64,000 nucleotides of DNA. It comes from Ignavibacteriota bacterium. GTDB lineage: Bacteria; Bacteroidota; Ignavibacteria; UBA10030; UBA6906. Positions 10,188-21,002 of this stretch are shown one piece after another. The position numbers and the translations under genes are program-made. The stretch spans positions 2,464,001-2,528,000 of the forward strand of contig CAWDEM010000008.1 of NCBI GenBank assembly GCA_963801355.1, read 5' to 3'. Numbering within the stretch: the first letter of the stretch is position 1; each line of letters begins with the position of its first letter. Below the pieces are notes generated by a model. That model ran no database searches. It was given only the letters and a program-made list of their open reading frames with translations, and was not told where the DNA came from.

Positions 10188-10592
10188 TCACCGGGCGGCG
10201 CAGAGTTCAACCAGCACGCCGTTCGTTGACCTGGGGTGCAGGAAGGCAATCTGGAGCCCTTCAGCCCCCCCGCGCGGCCGGGGGTCAATGAGCTGCATAC
10301 CACCGTCCTGCAATTCCATCAAACTCCCGGGAAGGTCCGCAACGGAAAACGCAATGTGATGGATCCCCTCTCCCCTCTTCTCGATGAATTTCGCGATCGG
10401 ACTCCCGGGATCTGTCGGCTCGAGAAGTTCGATTTTCGTCTGACCGACTTTAAAAAAGGCCGTCTTCACTTTCTGGTCCGCTACCTCCTCCAGGGCATAC
10501 CATGATGTCCCGAGAAGCCGCTCGAAGACGGGCGCTGATTCCTGGATACTCTTGACCGCGATGCCGATGTGCTCAATATGCGTTGGGTTCAT
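10188..10592 (-). CDS. mce: Methylmalonyl-CoA epimerase
   Basis: HIEHIGIAV, KIELLEP, EGIHHIAF, FLHP..TNGVLVEL. Confidence 0.95.
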   Translation of the reverse strand: MNPTHIEHIGIAVKSIQESAPVFERLLGTSWYALEEVADQKVKTAFFKVGQTKIELLEPTDPGSPIAKFIEKRGEGIHHIAFSVADLPGSLMELQDGGMQLIDPRPRGGAEGLQIAFLHPRSTNGVLVELCAAR

Positions 10593-11605
10593 GAGGATGT
10601 CCGCTCCTGTCGTCGTTCAAAAGCTGCACAGAGGGTGTCCACTGCGCCGGCAACGGTCATTGATCCTGCCTGCACTGCTTGCTCGATGCCCGGGAGCAGC
10701 CGCTGGATCTCCGGGTCTGCGGCAAAGCGGGCGCGGAGACGATCATCAAGCATGCTGTGCATCCAATCCAGCATCTGGGCATGCCGCCGTCGCTGGAACA
10801 TGCCACCTTGCGACGTAACACTGCGAAACTCTTCGGCAGCCCTCCATACGGCGGCGATTCCGTCTCCCTCAAGTGCCGAACAGGTCATGACAGGAGTCGT
10901 CCACCCTTCCGTCGCAGGGACAAAATAATGGAGGGCGTGCGCGGTGTCCGCACGCAGGGCCTCGGCGCGCACGCGATTCTCTCCGTCGGCTTTGTTGATG
11001 ACCACGGCATCGGCCAGCTCCATGACACCCTTCTTGATCCCCTGGAGTTCATCGCCGGCACCCGTGATGAGCAGCAGAAGAAAGAAATCGACCATCGACC
11101 GCACGGCGATCTCGCTCTGACCGACGCCGATCGTCTCCACAAGGATCACGTCATAACCCGCGGCTTCGCACACAAGGATGGACTCGCGGGTTTTGCGCGT
11201 CACCCCGCCGAGGGTTCCCCCCGAGGGAGATGGGCGAATGAAGCACCCGGGGTCCCGCGCAAGCCGTTCCATGCGGGTCTTGTCTCCCAGAACGCTCCCC
11301 CGCGTGACACTGCTGCTGGGATCGACCGCCAGCACGGCAACCCGGTGGTTGGAGGCGGTGAGAAGACGCCCGAGAGCTTCGACAAATGTGCTCTTGCCTG
11401 CGCCCGGAACTCCGGTGATCCCCACGCGCAGGGAACCGCCGGTAACAGGAAGGAGCTGTGCGAGCACTTGTTGCGCAACGGCCGCGTGCGCGGGGGCATT
11501 GCTCTCTATGAGCGTAATCGTCCGTCCGAGAATGACGCGATCACCGGATCGCACGCCGGCGACGTACTCATCGACATTGAGTGCGCGACGCCCCTTCGAT
11601 TCCAC
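10589..11605 (-). CDS. meaB: Methylmalonyl-CoA mutase-associated GTPase
   Basis: GITGVPGAGKST, AVDPSS, GDKTRM, ETIGVGQSE, NKAD. Confidence 0.95.
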   Translation of the reverse strand: MESKGRRALNVDEYVAGVRSGDRVILGRTITLIESNAPAHAAVAQQVLAQLLPVTGGSLRVGITGVPGAGKSTFVEALGRLLTASNHRVAVLAVDPSSSVTRGSVLGDKTRMERLARDPGCFIRPSPSGGTLGGVTRKTRESILVCEAAGYDVILVETIGVGQSEIAVRSMVDFFLLLLITGAGDELQGIKKGVMELADAVVINKADGENRVRAEALRADTAHALHYFVPATEGWTTPVMTCSALEGDGIAAVWRAAEEFRSVTSQGGMFQRRRHAQMLDWMHSMLDDRLRARFAADPEIQRLLPGIEQAVQAGSMTVAGAVDTLCAAFERRQERTSS

Positions 11606-11606
11606 G

Positions 11607-13784
11607 TCAGCCGATTCTCCGCATCAGTTCGTTCAGCATTGTGCCGGCAGCGACAGGGATCACCGTGCCGGGGCCGAAAATTGACGCTGCGCCGTGTGCG
11701 CGCAGAAAATCATAATCCTGGGCCGGGATCACACCCCCCACGACAACGAGAATATCCTCCCGTCCAAGCTTCTTCAGCTCCTCCACCAGCGCCGGCAACA
11801 GTGTTTTGTGACCGCCTGCAAGAGAACTCATGCCCACAATGTGCACATCGTTTTCGACCGCCTGACGGGCTGTCTCTTCGGGTGTCTGAAAGAGCGGTCC
11901 GACATCGACATCGAAACCCAGATCGGCGAATGCCGTGGCAATGACTTTGGCGCCGCGATCGTGACCGTCCTGTCCCATCTTCGCGACCAGGATCCGCGGG
12001 CGACGCCCCTCCATTCGTGCAAACTCGTCCGCCAGTGCCCGAACGTTGCTGACTTCATCTTTCACGGCGTACTCCCGGGAATAGACACCAGTGATCGTGC
12101 GCACAACCGCAGTATGACGGCCCCAGACCTTCTCCATAGCCTGGGAGATCTCGCCGAGGCTCGCCCGCGCCCGCGCAGCATCGATGGCCAGAGCGAGGAG
12201 ATTGCCTTCGCTGGACTCCGCGCTGTGGGTCAGCGCCCGGAGCGCCGCCTGCACCCGCGCCTCATCCCGGCCTGACCGGAGCTCAGCCAGTCGCGCTATC
12301 TGGGCGTCACGCACGGCACTGTTGTCGACTTCGAGAATCTCTATCGGATCCTCTTTCGCAAGCCGGTACGTATTGACGCCTACGACGGTTTCGCGGGCGG
12401 AATCGATATGCGCCTGCCGGCGCGCCGCGGCTTCTTCAATACGCATCTTGGGCAAACCCGTCTCGATGGCTTTGGCCATCCCCCCCAGACTTTCAATCTC
12501 CTGTATGTGCTCCCACGCGCGCCTCATCAACAGATCTGTCAATGCCTCCACATAGTATGAGCCGCCCCATGGGTCAATCACACGGCAAATCCCTGTTTCT
12601 TCCTGCAGGAACAGCTGCGTGTTGCGCGCGATGCGCGCCGAAAAATCCGTCGGCAACGCAATTGCCTCATCAAGCGAATTGGTGTGCAGCGACTGGGTGT
12701 GGCCGAGAGCAGCGGCCATAGCCTCAAGGCACGTCCGGTTGACATTGTTGAACGGATCCTGCTCGGTCAGGCTCCAGCCGGACGTCTGCGAATGCGTCCG
12801 CAACGCCATGGACTTCGGATCACGCGGGTTGAACTGTTTGATGAGCTTCGCCCAGATCAACCTCGCAGCGCGCATTTTGGCGATTTCCATGAAATAGTTC
12901 ATGCCGATCGCCCAGAAGAACGACACACGTGGCGCGAATGCATCGATGTCTATCCCCGCCTTCAACCCCGTGCGCACATACTCCAGACCGTCCGCCAGCG
13001 TATAGGCCATTTCCAGATCCGCCGTCGCACCCGCTTCCTGCATATGGTAGCCGGAAATGCTTATGCAGTTGAACTTCGGCATCCGTTGTGACGTGAACGC
13101 GAAAATATCGGCGATGATGCGCATCGAACCCGCAGGCGGATAGATGTACGTGTTGCGCACCATGTACTCTTTGAGAATGTCATTCTGAATCGTTCCGGCA
13201 AGGTGTTCGGGCGAGATGCCTTGTTCCTCGGCGGCGACAACGTAGAACGCCATGATCGGGAGCACCGCACCATTCATCGTCATGGAGACCGACATCTTGT
13301 CCAACGGTATCCCCTCAAACAAGATCTTCATGTCCAGGATCGAATCGACGGCAACACCGGCTTTGCCGACATCCCCGACAACCCGCGGATGATCTGAATC
13401 ATATCCACGATGCGTGGCAAGGTCGAACGCAATCGAGAGCCCCTTCTGACCGGCAGCCAGGTTGCGACGGTAAAAGGCATTGCTCTCTTCTGCGGTGGAG
13501 AACCCGGCGTACTGGCGGACCGTCCAGGGCTGCATGACGTACATCGTTGCATACGGACCGCGGAGGAAGGGCGGAATGCCCGCGGTGAAGCCAAGGTGTT
13601 CAAGGTGCATCAGATCGTCCGCCGTATACAGAGGCTTGACGGATATCTGTTCATTTGTCTTCCAGAGCAGGTCCCCGGACTTCATGCCCGTGTGTTGTGC
13701 CAGGGCCGCCTCCCAAGAGCCGACGGTGCCCTTCGCGGAAGGAGACAGAAGAGCGACCTGAGAGAAATCGGGCATCGGCTTCAT
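11607..13784 (-). CDS. scpA: Methylmalonyl-CoA mutase large (catalytic, B12-binding) subunit
   Basis: [32 protein letters not shown] (DxHxxG). Confidence 0.96.
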   Translation of the reverse strand: MKPMPDFSQVALLSPSAKGTVGSWEAALAQHTGMKSGDLLWKTNEQISVKPLYTADDLMHLEHLGFTAGIPPFLRGPYATMYVMQPWTVRQYAGFSTAEESNAFYRRNLAAGQKGLSIAFDLATHRGYDSDHPRVVGDVGKAGVAVDSILDMKILFEGIPLDKMSVSMTMNGAVLPIMAFYVVAAEEQGISPEHLAGTIQNDILKEYMVRNTYIYPPAGSMRIIADIFAFTSQRMPKFNCISISGYHMQEAGATADLEMAYTLADGLEYVRTGLKAGIDIDAFAPRVSFFWAIGMNYFMEIAKMRAARLIWAKLIKQFNPRDPKSMALRTHSQTSGWSLTEQDPFNNVNRTCLEAMAAALGHTQSLHTNSLDEAIALPTDFSARIARNTQLFLQEETGICRVIDPWGGSYYVEALTDLLMRRAWEHIQEIESLGGMAKAIETGLPKMRIEEAAARRQAHIDSARETVVGVNTYRLAKEDPIEILEVDNSAVRDAQIARLAELRSGRDEARVQAALRALTHSAESSEGNLLALAIDAARARASLGEISQAMEKVWGRHTAVVRTITGVYSREYAVKDEVSNVRALADEFARMEGRRPRILVAKMGQDGHDRGAKVIATAFADLGFDVDVGPLFQTPEETARQAVENDVHIVGMSSLAGGHKTLLPALVEELKKLGREDILVVVGGVIPAQDYDFLRAHGAASIFGPGTVIPVAAGTMLNELMRRIG

Positions 13785-15931
13785 GTGCGTACTCCCCTCT
13801 TTGCCAGGAGAGAGCGGAGCGTTTCCAGTACATTCGAACGCATATGAATAAACTCATCGACCCCCGCGGAGCGGAATGATTCCACGTGCTCCTGCGGATA
13901 GCCTGCCAGCACTATCGTCAGGTCCGTACGTTCCCGCCTGACTGCGGCGCAGAATGCCGGTACCAGGGCCGGATATGTATCGTCCGTCGAGCAGAGAGCA
14001 ACAATTCCGGCTCCGGACACGCAAGCCGCGTGAGCCGCTTCCTCCGGCGTGGCAAAGCCGTCGGGGGTGATCACTTCGCATCCGGCGACAGCGAAGTAGC
14101 CCGCGGCGAAATCAGCACGTGGTTTATGCTGTGCGATGGGCCCCATGGTCGCCAGAAAGACGCGCACCGGACTCCCGGTGTGATGTGCGTACGCAACCAT
14201 TGCGTCCCGTAAGGCTTCGAAGCCCGCCGCGCGCCGGGTCGGCACCAGAGGGATCACATCGACCGGCGAGGTCCTGGATGGCGACGGGATGGCGTGCATG
14301 AGTTCGCCCACCGTTGCCTCCCGGCACGCCGCATCGATCAGCGCCGACATGAGACCACCGGAACCTTCGCCCGCCCTCGCCGGGATGCGTGCAAGCGCTG
14401 CAGCACTGCCGGCACGATCACGGCGCATCCGGAACGCACGCACTTCGTCCACACGCTGCGCCTGGATCTCCGCGAGAGTTTCTTCCCGTGCCCCGAGAGG
14501 GTGTTCGCCCGGGTTGGCATACGCCGTGACACCGACAATCGTGTCCTTCCGGCGTGCAACACCCTCCGCGCGTTGCGCGGCAACCTTTTGCACCCGCCTC
14601 TGTATCTCTCCGTTTAGAATCGCCGGGCCGATCCCTCCGGAGGATTCGATTTCCTGAAACACCCGCCAGCTCTTTTGCGCGACCTCGTCCGTCAACGCCT
14701 CGACATACCACGACCCGCCTGCAGGATCAATGACCCTCGGAATATGAGCTTCCGACTGGATCACGATCTGAGTGTTCCGCGCAATCCGCCGCGAGAATTC
14801 GTCGGGGGGCCGGACGGCTTCGTCAAAGAAGCCGACATGCATGCTGTCACAACCGCCCACTCCGCCGGCAAGGGCTTCCGTTGTCGTGCGCAGCATATTG
14901 ACGTACGGGTCGACGGCGGTGACCTCATGGGACGATGTACGAACGTGCAATACCATCTTCTGTGCATCCTCGCTGCCGCCGAACGCATGCACGGCCGTTG
15001 CCCAGAGCACCCTCGCCGCCCTGAACTTCGCCACCTCCATGAAGAACTGCGTCCCGGAGCTGAGGGAGAACCAGACCTGCCGGGCGGCGTCATCCACAGC
15101 CATTCCCCGCCGTATCATCTCACGAACGTACTCAACACCGGATGCGAGGGCACACGCCAGCTCCAGAACAGCATCGGCACCGGCGTCATGGTACGCACGG
15201 GAACGGACGGCGATCGATCGCAGTTCGGGGGCATGCTCCGCCGCCCAGGACGCGGTGAGATGCATTCTGTCATACGCTGTTGCCAGGCCGAACGGCAAAC
15301 TTCCGTTCACAAGCAGAAGACTCAAAGGATCGGTTCCGATGGCTCCCCGGAGTCTGTCGGTCGACATCCCCGATTGCTCCGCCAGCGCCACAAACATGGC
15401 CAGGACCGCGGGCAACCCCAGATCTGCCTCAAGGTGCACCGGGACTCCGGCGATGTCGACTCCGGACAAAACGGTCTGCAGATCCGAAAGTGAAGTGATC
15501 GAGAGGCCCTCGAGGCCCACCGATGATTGAACGGCGGCGTCGGCATCAATGCCGAGCCGGGTCGCCCGGTCCAGAGGGAGATATACCGCAGTCTGGCCCC
15601 TCTCAATGTCGCTCCGCAGGGCCGCGTTTGCATCAGTTGCTTTGCAGTAGGGGATCTCCTGGGCAACCAGCCAGGGGTGAACCACACACCCCGCAGTCTC
15701 TGTTCCCCGGCGAAACGGGGGAAGCCCCGGGAAATCAAGAGCACCCGCCGAATTGCTGCCACCCGCAGTATAGATAGGTTGGAGATCAATGCCTTCGTAC
15801 GTGTGCGTCAGCATTTTCTTCTCAAACGGGACCCCTTTGAGGAGCTTTTCGGTGGCGGCTTTCCATTGTTCGGTGGTGGCGGGAGAAAACTCACTGAAGA
15901 CGAGCTTCTGAGATGGCGAATCCGGTAGCAT
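13781..15931 (-). CDS. mutA: Methylmalonyl-CoA mutase small subunit
   Basis: [34 protein letters not shown], degenerate B12 domain (CSTDDTY); start inferred at MLPDSP. Confidence 0.88.
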   Translation of the reverse strand: MLPDSPSQKLVFSEFSPATTEQWKAATEKLLKGVPFEKKMLTHTYEGIDLQPIYTAGGSNSAGALDFPGLPPFRRGTETAGCVVHPWLVAQEIPYCKATDANAALRSDIERGQTAVYLPLDRATRLGIDADAAVQSSVGLEGLSITSLSDLQTVLSGVDIAGVPVHLEADLGLPAVLAMFVALAEQSGMSTDRLRGAIGTDPLSLLLVNGSLPFGLATAYDRMHLTASWAAEHAPELRSIAVRSRAYHDAGADAVLELACALASGVEYVREMIRRGMAVDDAARQVWFSLSSGTQFFMEVAKFRAARVLWATAVHAFGGSEDAQKMVLHVRTSSHEVTAVDPYVNMLRTTTEALAGGVGGCDSMHVGFFDEAVRPPDEFSRRIARNTQIVIQSEAHIPRVIDPAGGSWYVEALTDEVAQKSWRVFQEIESSGGIGPAILNGEIQRRVQKVAAQRAEGVARRKDTIVGVTAYANPGEHPLGAREETLAEIQAQRVDEVRAFRMRRDRAGSAAALARIPARAGEGSGGLMSALIDAACREATVGELMHAIPSPSRTSPVDVIPLVPTRRAAGFEALRDAMVAYAHHTGSPVRVFLATMGPIAQHKPRADFAAGYFAVAGCEVITPDGFATPEEAAHAACVSGAGIVALCSTDDTYPALVPAFCAAVRRERTDLTIVLAGYPQEHVESFRSAGVDEFIHMRSNVLETLRSLLAKRGVRT

Positions 15932-16016
15932 TACTGTAGTATTCCTCATCCACGAGACAGAGATCAAGGGGTCCGACACGGAGGGACATGCGGAGGGACG
16001 CCCGAACGACCCCGTC

Positions 16017-16045
16017 AATATAGGGAAATATTAGGAAAGAGTGAA
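16017..16045 (-). promoter_or_regulatory. Putative sigma70 promoter of mut-mmd operon
   Basis: TTCACT-N17-TATATT in AT-rich patch. Confidence 0.45.
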
Positions 16046-16047
16046 GC

Positions 16048-16959
16048 TCAACGAAGTGTTGCCTCCAGGGCGCCGCGCAGGGCAGGGTATTTGAAGGTAT
16101 ACCCCGCCTCCAGGAGGCGCGCCGGAAGAATGCGACGGCCGTTCAGTATCATGCCGGCCATTTCGCCGAGGAGCGCTCGCAATACAAAGGAAGGCACGGA
16201 GAGCCAGGACGGCCGCGCGAGGACCCTCCCGAGCTCCCTCGCAAATGTCCTCATTGTGACTGTGTCCGGAGAAACCGCGTTGACAGGACCTGCCATCTCC
16301 GGATGAGTCAGCAGGAAAACCACTGCTCCGACTGCGTCGTCGCGATGCACCCACGGATACCACTGTTTGCCGGAACCGAGAGGACCGCCGACGAACATTC
16401 TGAATGGGACCACCATCCGATCCAGCGCTCCTCCTCCGGGAGCGAGCACAACACCGAACCGTGGGAGTACGACCCTGACGCCAAGGGCGGTGGCAGCGGA
16501 TGCCTCCAACTCCCACTGCCGGCAGGTTGTGCCGAGGAAGTCGTCGCCCGGGCCGTCTTCTTCAGTGACAATGCCCTCACCCGTTGCACCATAGTAGCCT
16601 ACCGCGGAGGCATTGACAAGAACTTCCGGGCGGTGCACGGCGGCTCTCATTGCTGCAACAAGTGCGCGTGTCGAATCGATCCTGCTTTGTGTAATCACGA
16701 CCTTCCTCCGACGGGTCCACCTTCCGCCTGCAAGCGATGCGCCGGAGAGGTTTATCACCGCATGGACTTCCTCCATAGCGTGGCACCATTCGCCTGGAGT
16801 TCTGCCGTCCCAGCGACGAATGTCCACTCCCCCGGGGAAGAGGCCCGGCACCGTGGTGCTCTCGCGGACAAGAGCGACGACCTCATGTCCGCTCGCCGAC
16901 AGTTCCCGTATGAGGGCAGAGCCAATAAATCCTGTCCCTCCGGCAACCAGAATTCTCAT
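16048..16959 (-). CDS. TIGR01777/YfcH-family NAD-dependent epimerase-like oxidoreductase
   Basis: GGTGFIG, NASAVGYYG, LGSGKQW.PWVH.DD. Confidence 0.9.
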   Translation of the reverse strand: MRILVAGGTGFIGSALIRELSASGHEVVALVRESTTVPGLFPGGVDIRRWDGRTPGEWCHAMEEVHAVINLSGASLAGGRWTRRRKVVITQSRIDSTRALVAAMRAAVHRPEVLVNASAVGYYGATGEGIVTEEDGPGDDFLGTTCRQWELEASAATALGVRVVLPRFGVVLAPGGGALDRMVVPFRMFVGGPLGSGKQWYPWVHRDDAVGAVVFLLTHPEMAGPVNAVSPDTVTMRTFARELGRVLARPSWLSVPSFVLRALLGEMAGMILNGRRILPARLLEAGYTFKYPALRGALEATLR

Positions 16960-16999
16960 GCGGACGCCTCCTTCTGACGTCGCTGCAGTCTATGGATCT

Positions 17000-17305
17000 T
17001 CACGGTGAACCTTCTTTTCGAAGAAAGTACTCCCAGAGCACGATGGTCAAGGTAATCAATCCGAATCCGTAGAGAAAATCCTCAAGAGGAATAGTCCAGA
17101 GTCGCACACCGAGGAAATACTCCGGGTTGTAGCTGACGATCGGTCTCCAGGTCAGATACCCGTTGCTGGGAATCTTGAAAAAGAACATGACGCCCATTGC
17201 GACCCAGTATTCGCGCCTGCGCGTCACCGCAGTGCGGAGGAACCGATCCAGCAGGAGCACGAAGACGGCCGATCCCACCGCGAGGAGCGTGTACTCTTTC
17301 ATCAC
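17000..17305 (-). CDS. Lycopene cyclase domain protein (heterodimeric CrtYd-like)
   Basis: Small membrane protein with IPLEDFLY motif. Confidence 0.85.
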   Translation of the reverse strand: MMKEYTLLAVGSAVFVLLLDRFLRTAVTRRREYWVAMGVMFFFKIPSNGYLTWRPIVSYNPEYFLGVRLWTIPLEDFLYGFGLITLTIVLWEYFLRKEGSP

Positions 17306-17616
17306 CCGCTCCTTCTCCGGATGACCAGACGCACGGCTTCATACGTGAAGACCGACACAAACGCTATCACCACGAAGAACAACCACTCCTCCAGCGGCAT
17401 GCCCAGGAGCCGGAACCCCAGGACAAACGACGGATTGAATGACCAGTGACCGCGCGACGTCACCAGGACATCCCACGTCCAATACACCACGCAGACGATC
17501 GCAATGGCCCGCAGCAAAGCGCCCGGATGTTTGTACATCCGGAGGGGCAACACTACGCTCAGGATCAGGGGGAAGACAAGGATGGCTGCCAGGACGAGAA
17601 GATATTCGGTGTTCAT
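17302..17616 (-). CDS. Lycopene cyclase domain protein (heterodimeric CrtYc-like)
   Basis: WD....G.WSFN and MPLEEWLFF motifs. Confidence 0.87.
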   Translation of the reverse strand: MNTEYLLVLAAILVFPLILSVVLPLRMYKHPGALLRAIAIVCVVYWTWDVLVTSRGHWSFNPSFVLGFRLLGMPLEEWLFFVVIAFVSVFTYEAVRLVIRRRSG

Positions 17617-18173
17617 TGCCGGCCGCCCTGTACCGATAGGACATCCGGAGAAGCTTCGAGCTCTGTGGTGACGCTGACCGCAAACGTACGCAGCATATCC
17701 TGGAGGTCATCACGCATGCGGTCGCTGATGAAACCCTCACCCAGTACCGGCGCAAACATGTGGATATCAGCGCCGTTCTCGCGCTCAAGCCGCACGCGAA
17801 GACGGACCTTGAGCAATGTGCGGCGCTCTTCAACGGGAGTCGTCTCAAACCGGAACGACATCCAGTTCGGGGCGGTGACTTCCGGCGTCGCATAGGTCAG
17901 GGCATGGTGTCTGCTGCGTGCCAGCAAGAAATCGGTTCTCACAGGCTCCGCAAACGGCATCCGGCGCTCGGTCCTGTACACCCATTGCTCGTCGCCCGCT
18001 GCGGTAATCGCAACGACTCCCGGCATCGTGCGCCGCAACAGGTGTATGTCATTCAGCGTGCTTCTGATAGACGCTTCGGATTGCCGGACCGGAAATTCCG
18101 CTTCCGCAGTCGCGTCGACAATGAATGAATTTCCGAGTACGAGCGTCAGGACTGCAAGGAGAAGGGCGCTCAT
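17613..18173 (-). CDS. Exported hypothetical protein, SRPBCC/START-like
   Basis: Signal-like N-terminus; MPGV, alternating beta pattern and C-terminal amphipathic helix; translationally coupled in crt cluster. Confidence 0.55.
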   Translation of the reverse strand: MSALLLAVLTLVLGNSFIVDATAEAEFPVRQSEASIRSTLNDIHLLRRTMPGVVAITAAGDEQWVYRTERRMPFAEPVRTDFLLARSRHHALTYATPEVTAPNWMSFRFETTPVEERRTLLKVRLRVRLERENGADIHMFAPVLGEGFISDRMRDDLQDMLRTFAVSVTTELEASPDVLSVQGGRQ

Positions 18174-18637
18174 GGGTTCGACCCGCGGCCGGCATTCACA
18201 TCACTCCCCGGATCCCTGACATCCTTTGCGCGGAAGAGCAGAAGCCCGTACGGTTCGCCGCCGAAGGCGTGATGAACCATGTGCGCCTTTTTCAGGCGGC
18301 GCATGTAGGGGTTCCTGAACACCACTCCCGGGACGCGTCGGTGGACATAGATGTCATGGAGGAAAAAGTAGACCATCCCGTACAGCGTTACGCCGAGAGC
18401 CAGGGCGAGGATGTCGCTGCGCAACGGGTCGCCCACCGCATACCAGATGACGACAATACTGATCGAAGCGAAGAAGAGCGGAAACACGTCGTTCCATTCA
18501 AATACCCCCTTGCGCGGCGTGTGATGGCTCTCGTGAAAAACCCAGAGGAGCTTGTGATAGACGAACCGGTGTGCGAGGTACGAGACAAACTCCATGGTAA
18601 TAAACGCTGCGATGAAGAACAGGGCAAATCGGAGCAT
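18170..18637 (-). CDS. crtZ: Beta-carotene hydroxylase
   Basis: MEFVSYLAHRFVYH, HESHH, FEWND, HDIYVHRR, HMVHH His boxes. Confidence 0.9.
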   Translation of the reverse strand: MLRFALFFIAAFITMEFVSYLAHRFVYHKLLWVFHESHHTPRKGVFEWNDVFPLFFASISIVVIWYAVGDPLRSDILALALGVTLYGMVYFFLHDIYVHRRVPGVVFRNPYMRRLKKAHMVHHAFGGEPYGLLLFRAKDVRDPGSDVNAGRGSNP

Positions 18638-18645
18638 AGGTCTTC

Positions 18646-20076
18646 CTATCGTTGTGACGTGCCGGAATACAGAGCATGTGTCACCAGACGTTCCTCCGCA
18701 TGCTCCACGATCTTCTTTGGGTACTGCCTGCCGAGCAGGCACCCGGAGCTTTCCTGATCCTGCTGCGACATGCGCCACGGTTCATGGATAAACTGAGCGG
18801 GCACGCGTGCCAGCTCCGGGACATACCGTCGTACATACGCCCCTTCGGGGTCGAACTTCTTTCCCTGGAGTACGGGATTAAAAATGCGAAACCACGGCGA
18901 CGCATCGGTGCCCGTGCCGGCCGTCCACTGCCAGCCGCCGTTATTTGACGCCAGATCCAGATCTATCAGTGTTTCTGCAAAGTACCGCTCCCCCCACTGC
19001 CAGTTCAGGTGCAGATCCTTCGTCAGAAATGACGCCACTATCATCCGCGCGCGATTATGCATCCACCCTTCTCCGTCCAGCTGCCGCATCGCCGCATCGA
19101 CGATAGGGTAGCCGGTGGTTCCTGACTTCCAGCGGGCAAATGCCGATGTAGACCGCTGCCAGGAAATGTCCCGGAACTCTTCCCGGAACGCCGTGTCCAG
19201 CACGAACGGAAAGGCCGAGAGAATCTGGTAGTAGAATTCACGCCATATCAACTCCGACACAAAGGTCTCGATGCCGGCACGCGCTCCGCCCCGTTTTTTG
19301 TGGAAGAGTTCTTGTGCCGCCCAGTAGACGCGGCGGGGCGAAATGCTGCCGAGCGACAGGTGATGGGAAAGCCTGGATGTCCCGTCGACAGCGGGAAGAT
19401 CGCGCCGCCGGTCATACGTGTCAACCGGCCCCCGGAGGAAGCGTTCCAGGCGGAGCAAGGGGGAGAAGTCGTCCCTGTCCGTCAGCGGCCGATCGAAACC
19501 CGGGATCCGCTGCAACGGTATTGATCCGGAGGCCATCGGGACTGTCGCCAGCATCCTACTATCGGGAAACGGCCTGGGGAGATCCGCGGCGGCTTCCAGC
19601 CATCGGCGCTTGTACGGCGTGAACACGCGGTACGGTCCGCCACTGTCTGTGCGTATTTCATCTGCTTCCCGGAGCACGCGATCCTTCACCAGGATCAGCT
19701 GTTTGCCGCTCCGGCGCAACGCCGTGGCAATACGTGCATCGCGGCGCCTTGCCGGCTCATCATAAAGGCGCACGGCGTACACCACGTCCGCATTGTACCC
19801 GATCGCGGCCGCCGGAAGTTCAATCTCCGGCGACCCGATACGGACATGCAATCGTGAGCCCCGCGCTCGAAGTCCGGCATCAAGATCAGCGATTGCCCGT
19901 CGCACGAACCGGCGGCGTCGCGTGTCCACAGCGTATGAGGCATCCTCACTCAGTACGAGGACCGGTACAACCTCGTCGGCCTCCAGCAGAGCGTGCCAGA
20001 GCGCGGCATTATCGTCCACGCGGAGCGCCCGGCGCAGCCAGAGAAGAGCCCGCCGGTATTTCGTGGCAGCCGGCAC
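18646..20076 (-). CDS. phrB: Deoxyribodipyrimidine photolyase (class I CPD type)
   Basis: LRVDDN.AL, TSRLS, ELIWREFY, TGYPIVDAAMR, WMHNRARM, NNGGWQW, FRIFNP. Confidence 0.93.
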   Translation of the reverse strand: MPAATKYRRALLWLRRALRVDDNAALWHALLEADEVVPVLVLSEDASYAVDTRRRRFVRRAIADLDAGLRARGSRLHVRIGSPEIELPAAAIGYNADVVYAVRLYDEPARRRDARIATALRRSGKQLILVKDRVLREADEIRTDSGGPYRVFTPYKRRWLEAAADLPRPFPDSRMLATVPMASGSIPLQRIPGFDRPLTDRDDFSPLLRLERFLRGPVDTYDRRRDLPAVDGTSRLSHHLSLGSISPRRVYWAAQELFHKKRGGARAGIETFVSELIWREFYYQILSAFPFVLDTAFREEFRDISWQRSTSAFARWKSGTTGYPIVDAAMRQLDGEGWMHNRARMIVASFLTKDLHLNWQWGERYFAETLIDLDLASNNGGWQWTAGTGTDASPWFRIFNPVLQGKKFDPEGAYVRRYVPELARVPAQFIHEPWRMSQQDQESSGCLLGRQYPKKIVEHAEERLVTHALYSGTSQR

Positions 20077-20081
20077 CGTCG

Positions 20082-21002
20082 CTATCCCTGGCGCGCAAGA
20101 AGAAGGTGTGCGAGATCCCGGAGACGGTCGCTGGCAACTGACGCAGGCACCGCATCAAGGGCCGTGAGCGCTTCGGTGGTGTGATCCGCCACCACCCCCC
20201 ACGTTGCTGTGAACTGGTTGGAGGATTCACGGGCCAGGGTGAGATAGGTCTGCCTGCCATTCTGCGCATCCATCCCGACGGATTTACCTGTTCCGGATTC
20301 GTCTCCTGTGGCGTCCAGAAGGTCGTCCATCGCCTGGTATGCGAGCCCGAGGTGGAATCCGAAATTCCCCAGCGCGTCGACGACGCGCCGGTCGTCCGTC
20401 GCAACCAGGGCTCCGATGCGCGTGCAGGCCTCAACCAATCGGGCGGTTTTCCGTTCCACCATCCACCGGTGATGCAACGGGTCATGTGAGGCCCCTTCCG
20501 GGTTCGCGAACCGGATGTCTGCACACTGTCCCTCGCACAGCTGAAGAAAGCAGGTGGAAAACGTGGAGAGTATCTCCGCTGTGGATCCGGCCTTCGTCAT
20601 CTGTAACGTCCGATACGCAAGGGCGATGAGCGCGTCACCCACGAGAATCGCCATCGGCATCCCGTGCATCACGTGCACCGCCGGCATGCCGCGTCGCAGC
20701 AGGGCGTTGTCCATGATGTCGTCGTGCACCAGGGATGATGCATGAAGCAACTCCAGCGCGGCCGCGGCAGGCAGGGCATTTTCTTCGCGGCCGCCAGCCG
20801 CGGCGCACGCCAGGATTGTCAGCAGCGGACGGATCCGTTTGCCGCCTGCAGTCGACTGCTCAATGATTTCACGGAGCGCCGGGGCTTCGATCTGTTCTAT
20901 CGCTCCACCAATGGTCCGGTCAACGCGGTGCCGGAGATGCTCGTCCCATCGCACGCTGTGGACAGGGGTGTTCATCGTGATGGTCATTGTGTATCGTGTC
21001 AT
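20082..21002 (-). CDS. crtE: Geranylgeranyl diphosphate synthase (polyprenyl synthetase)
   Basis: GGKRIRP, LVHDDIMD..LRRG, KTA, YQAMDDLLD. Confidence 0.85.
   Translation of the reverse strand: MTRYTMTITMNTPVHSVRWDEHLRHRVDRTIGGAIEQIEAPALREIIEQSTAGGKRIRPLLTILACAAAGGREENALPAAAALELLHASSLVHDDIMDNALLRRGMPAVHVMHGMPMAILVGDALIALAYRTLQMTKAGSTAEILSTFSTCFLQLCEGQCADIRFANPEGASHDPLHHRWMVERKTARLVEACTRIGALVATDDRRVVDALGNFGFHLGLAYQAMDDLLDATGDESGTGKSVGMDAQNGRQTYLTLARESSNQFTATWGVVADHTTEALTALDAVPASVASDRLRDLAHLLLARQG

Noticed and set aside
13781-14170. Loss of DxHxxG in the MutA C-terminal domain as a pseudogene sign
   Set aside because: Normal for the non-catalytic subunit of heterodimeric mutases
15932-16016. 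Cobalamin riboswitch upstream of the mutase operon
   Set aside because: Leader too short and no B12-box motifs
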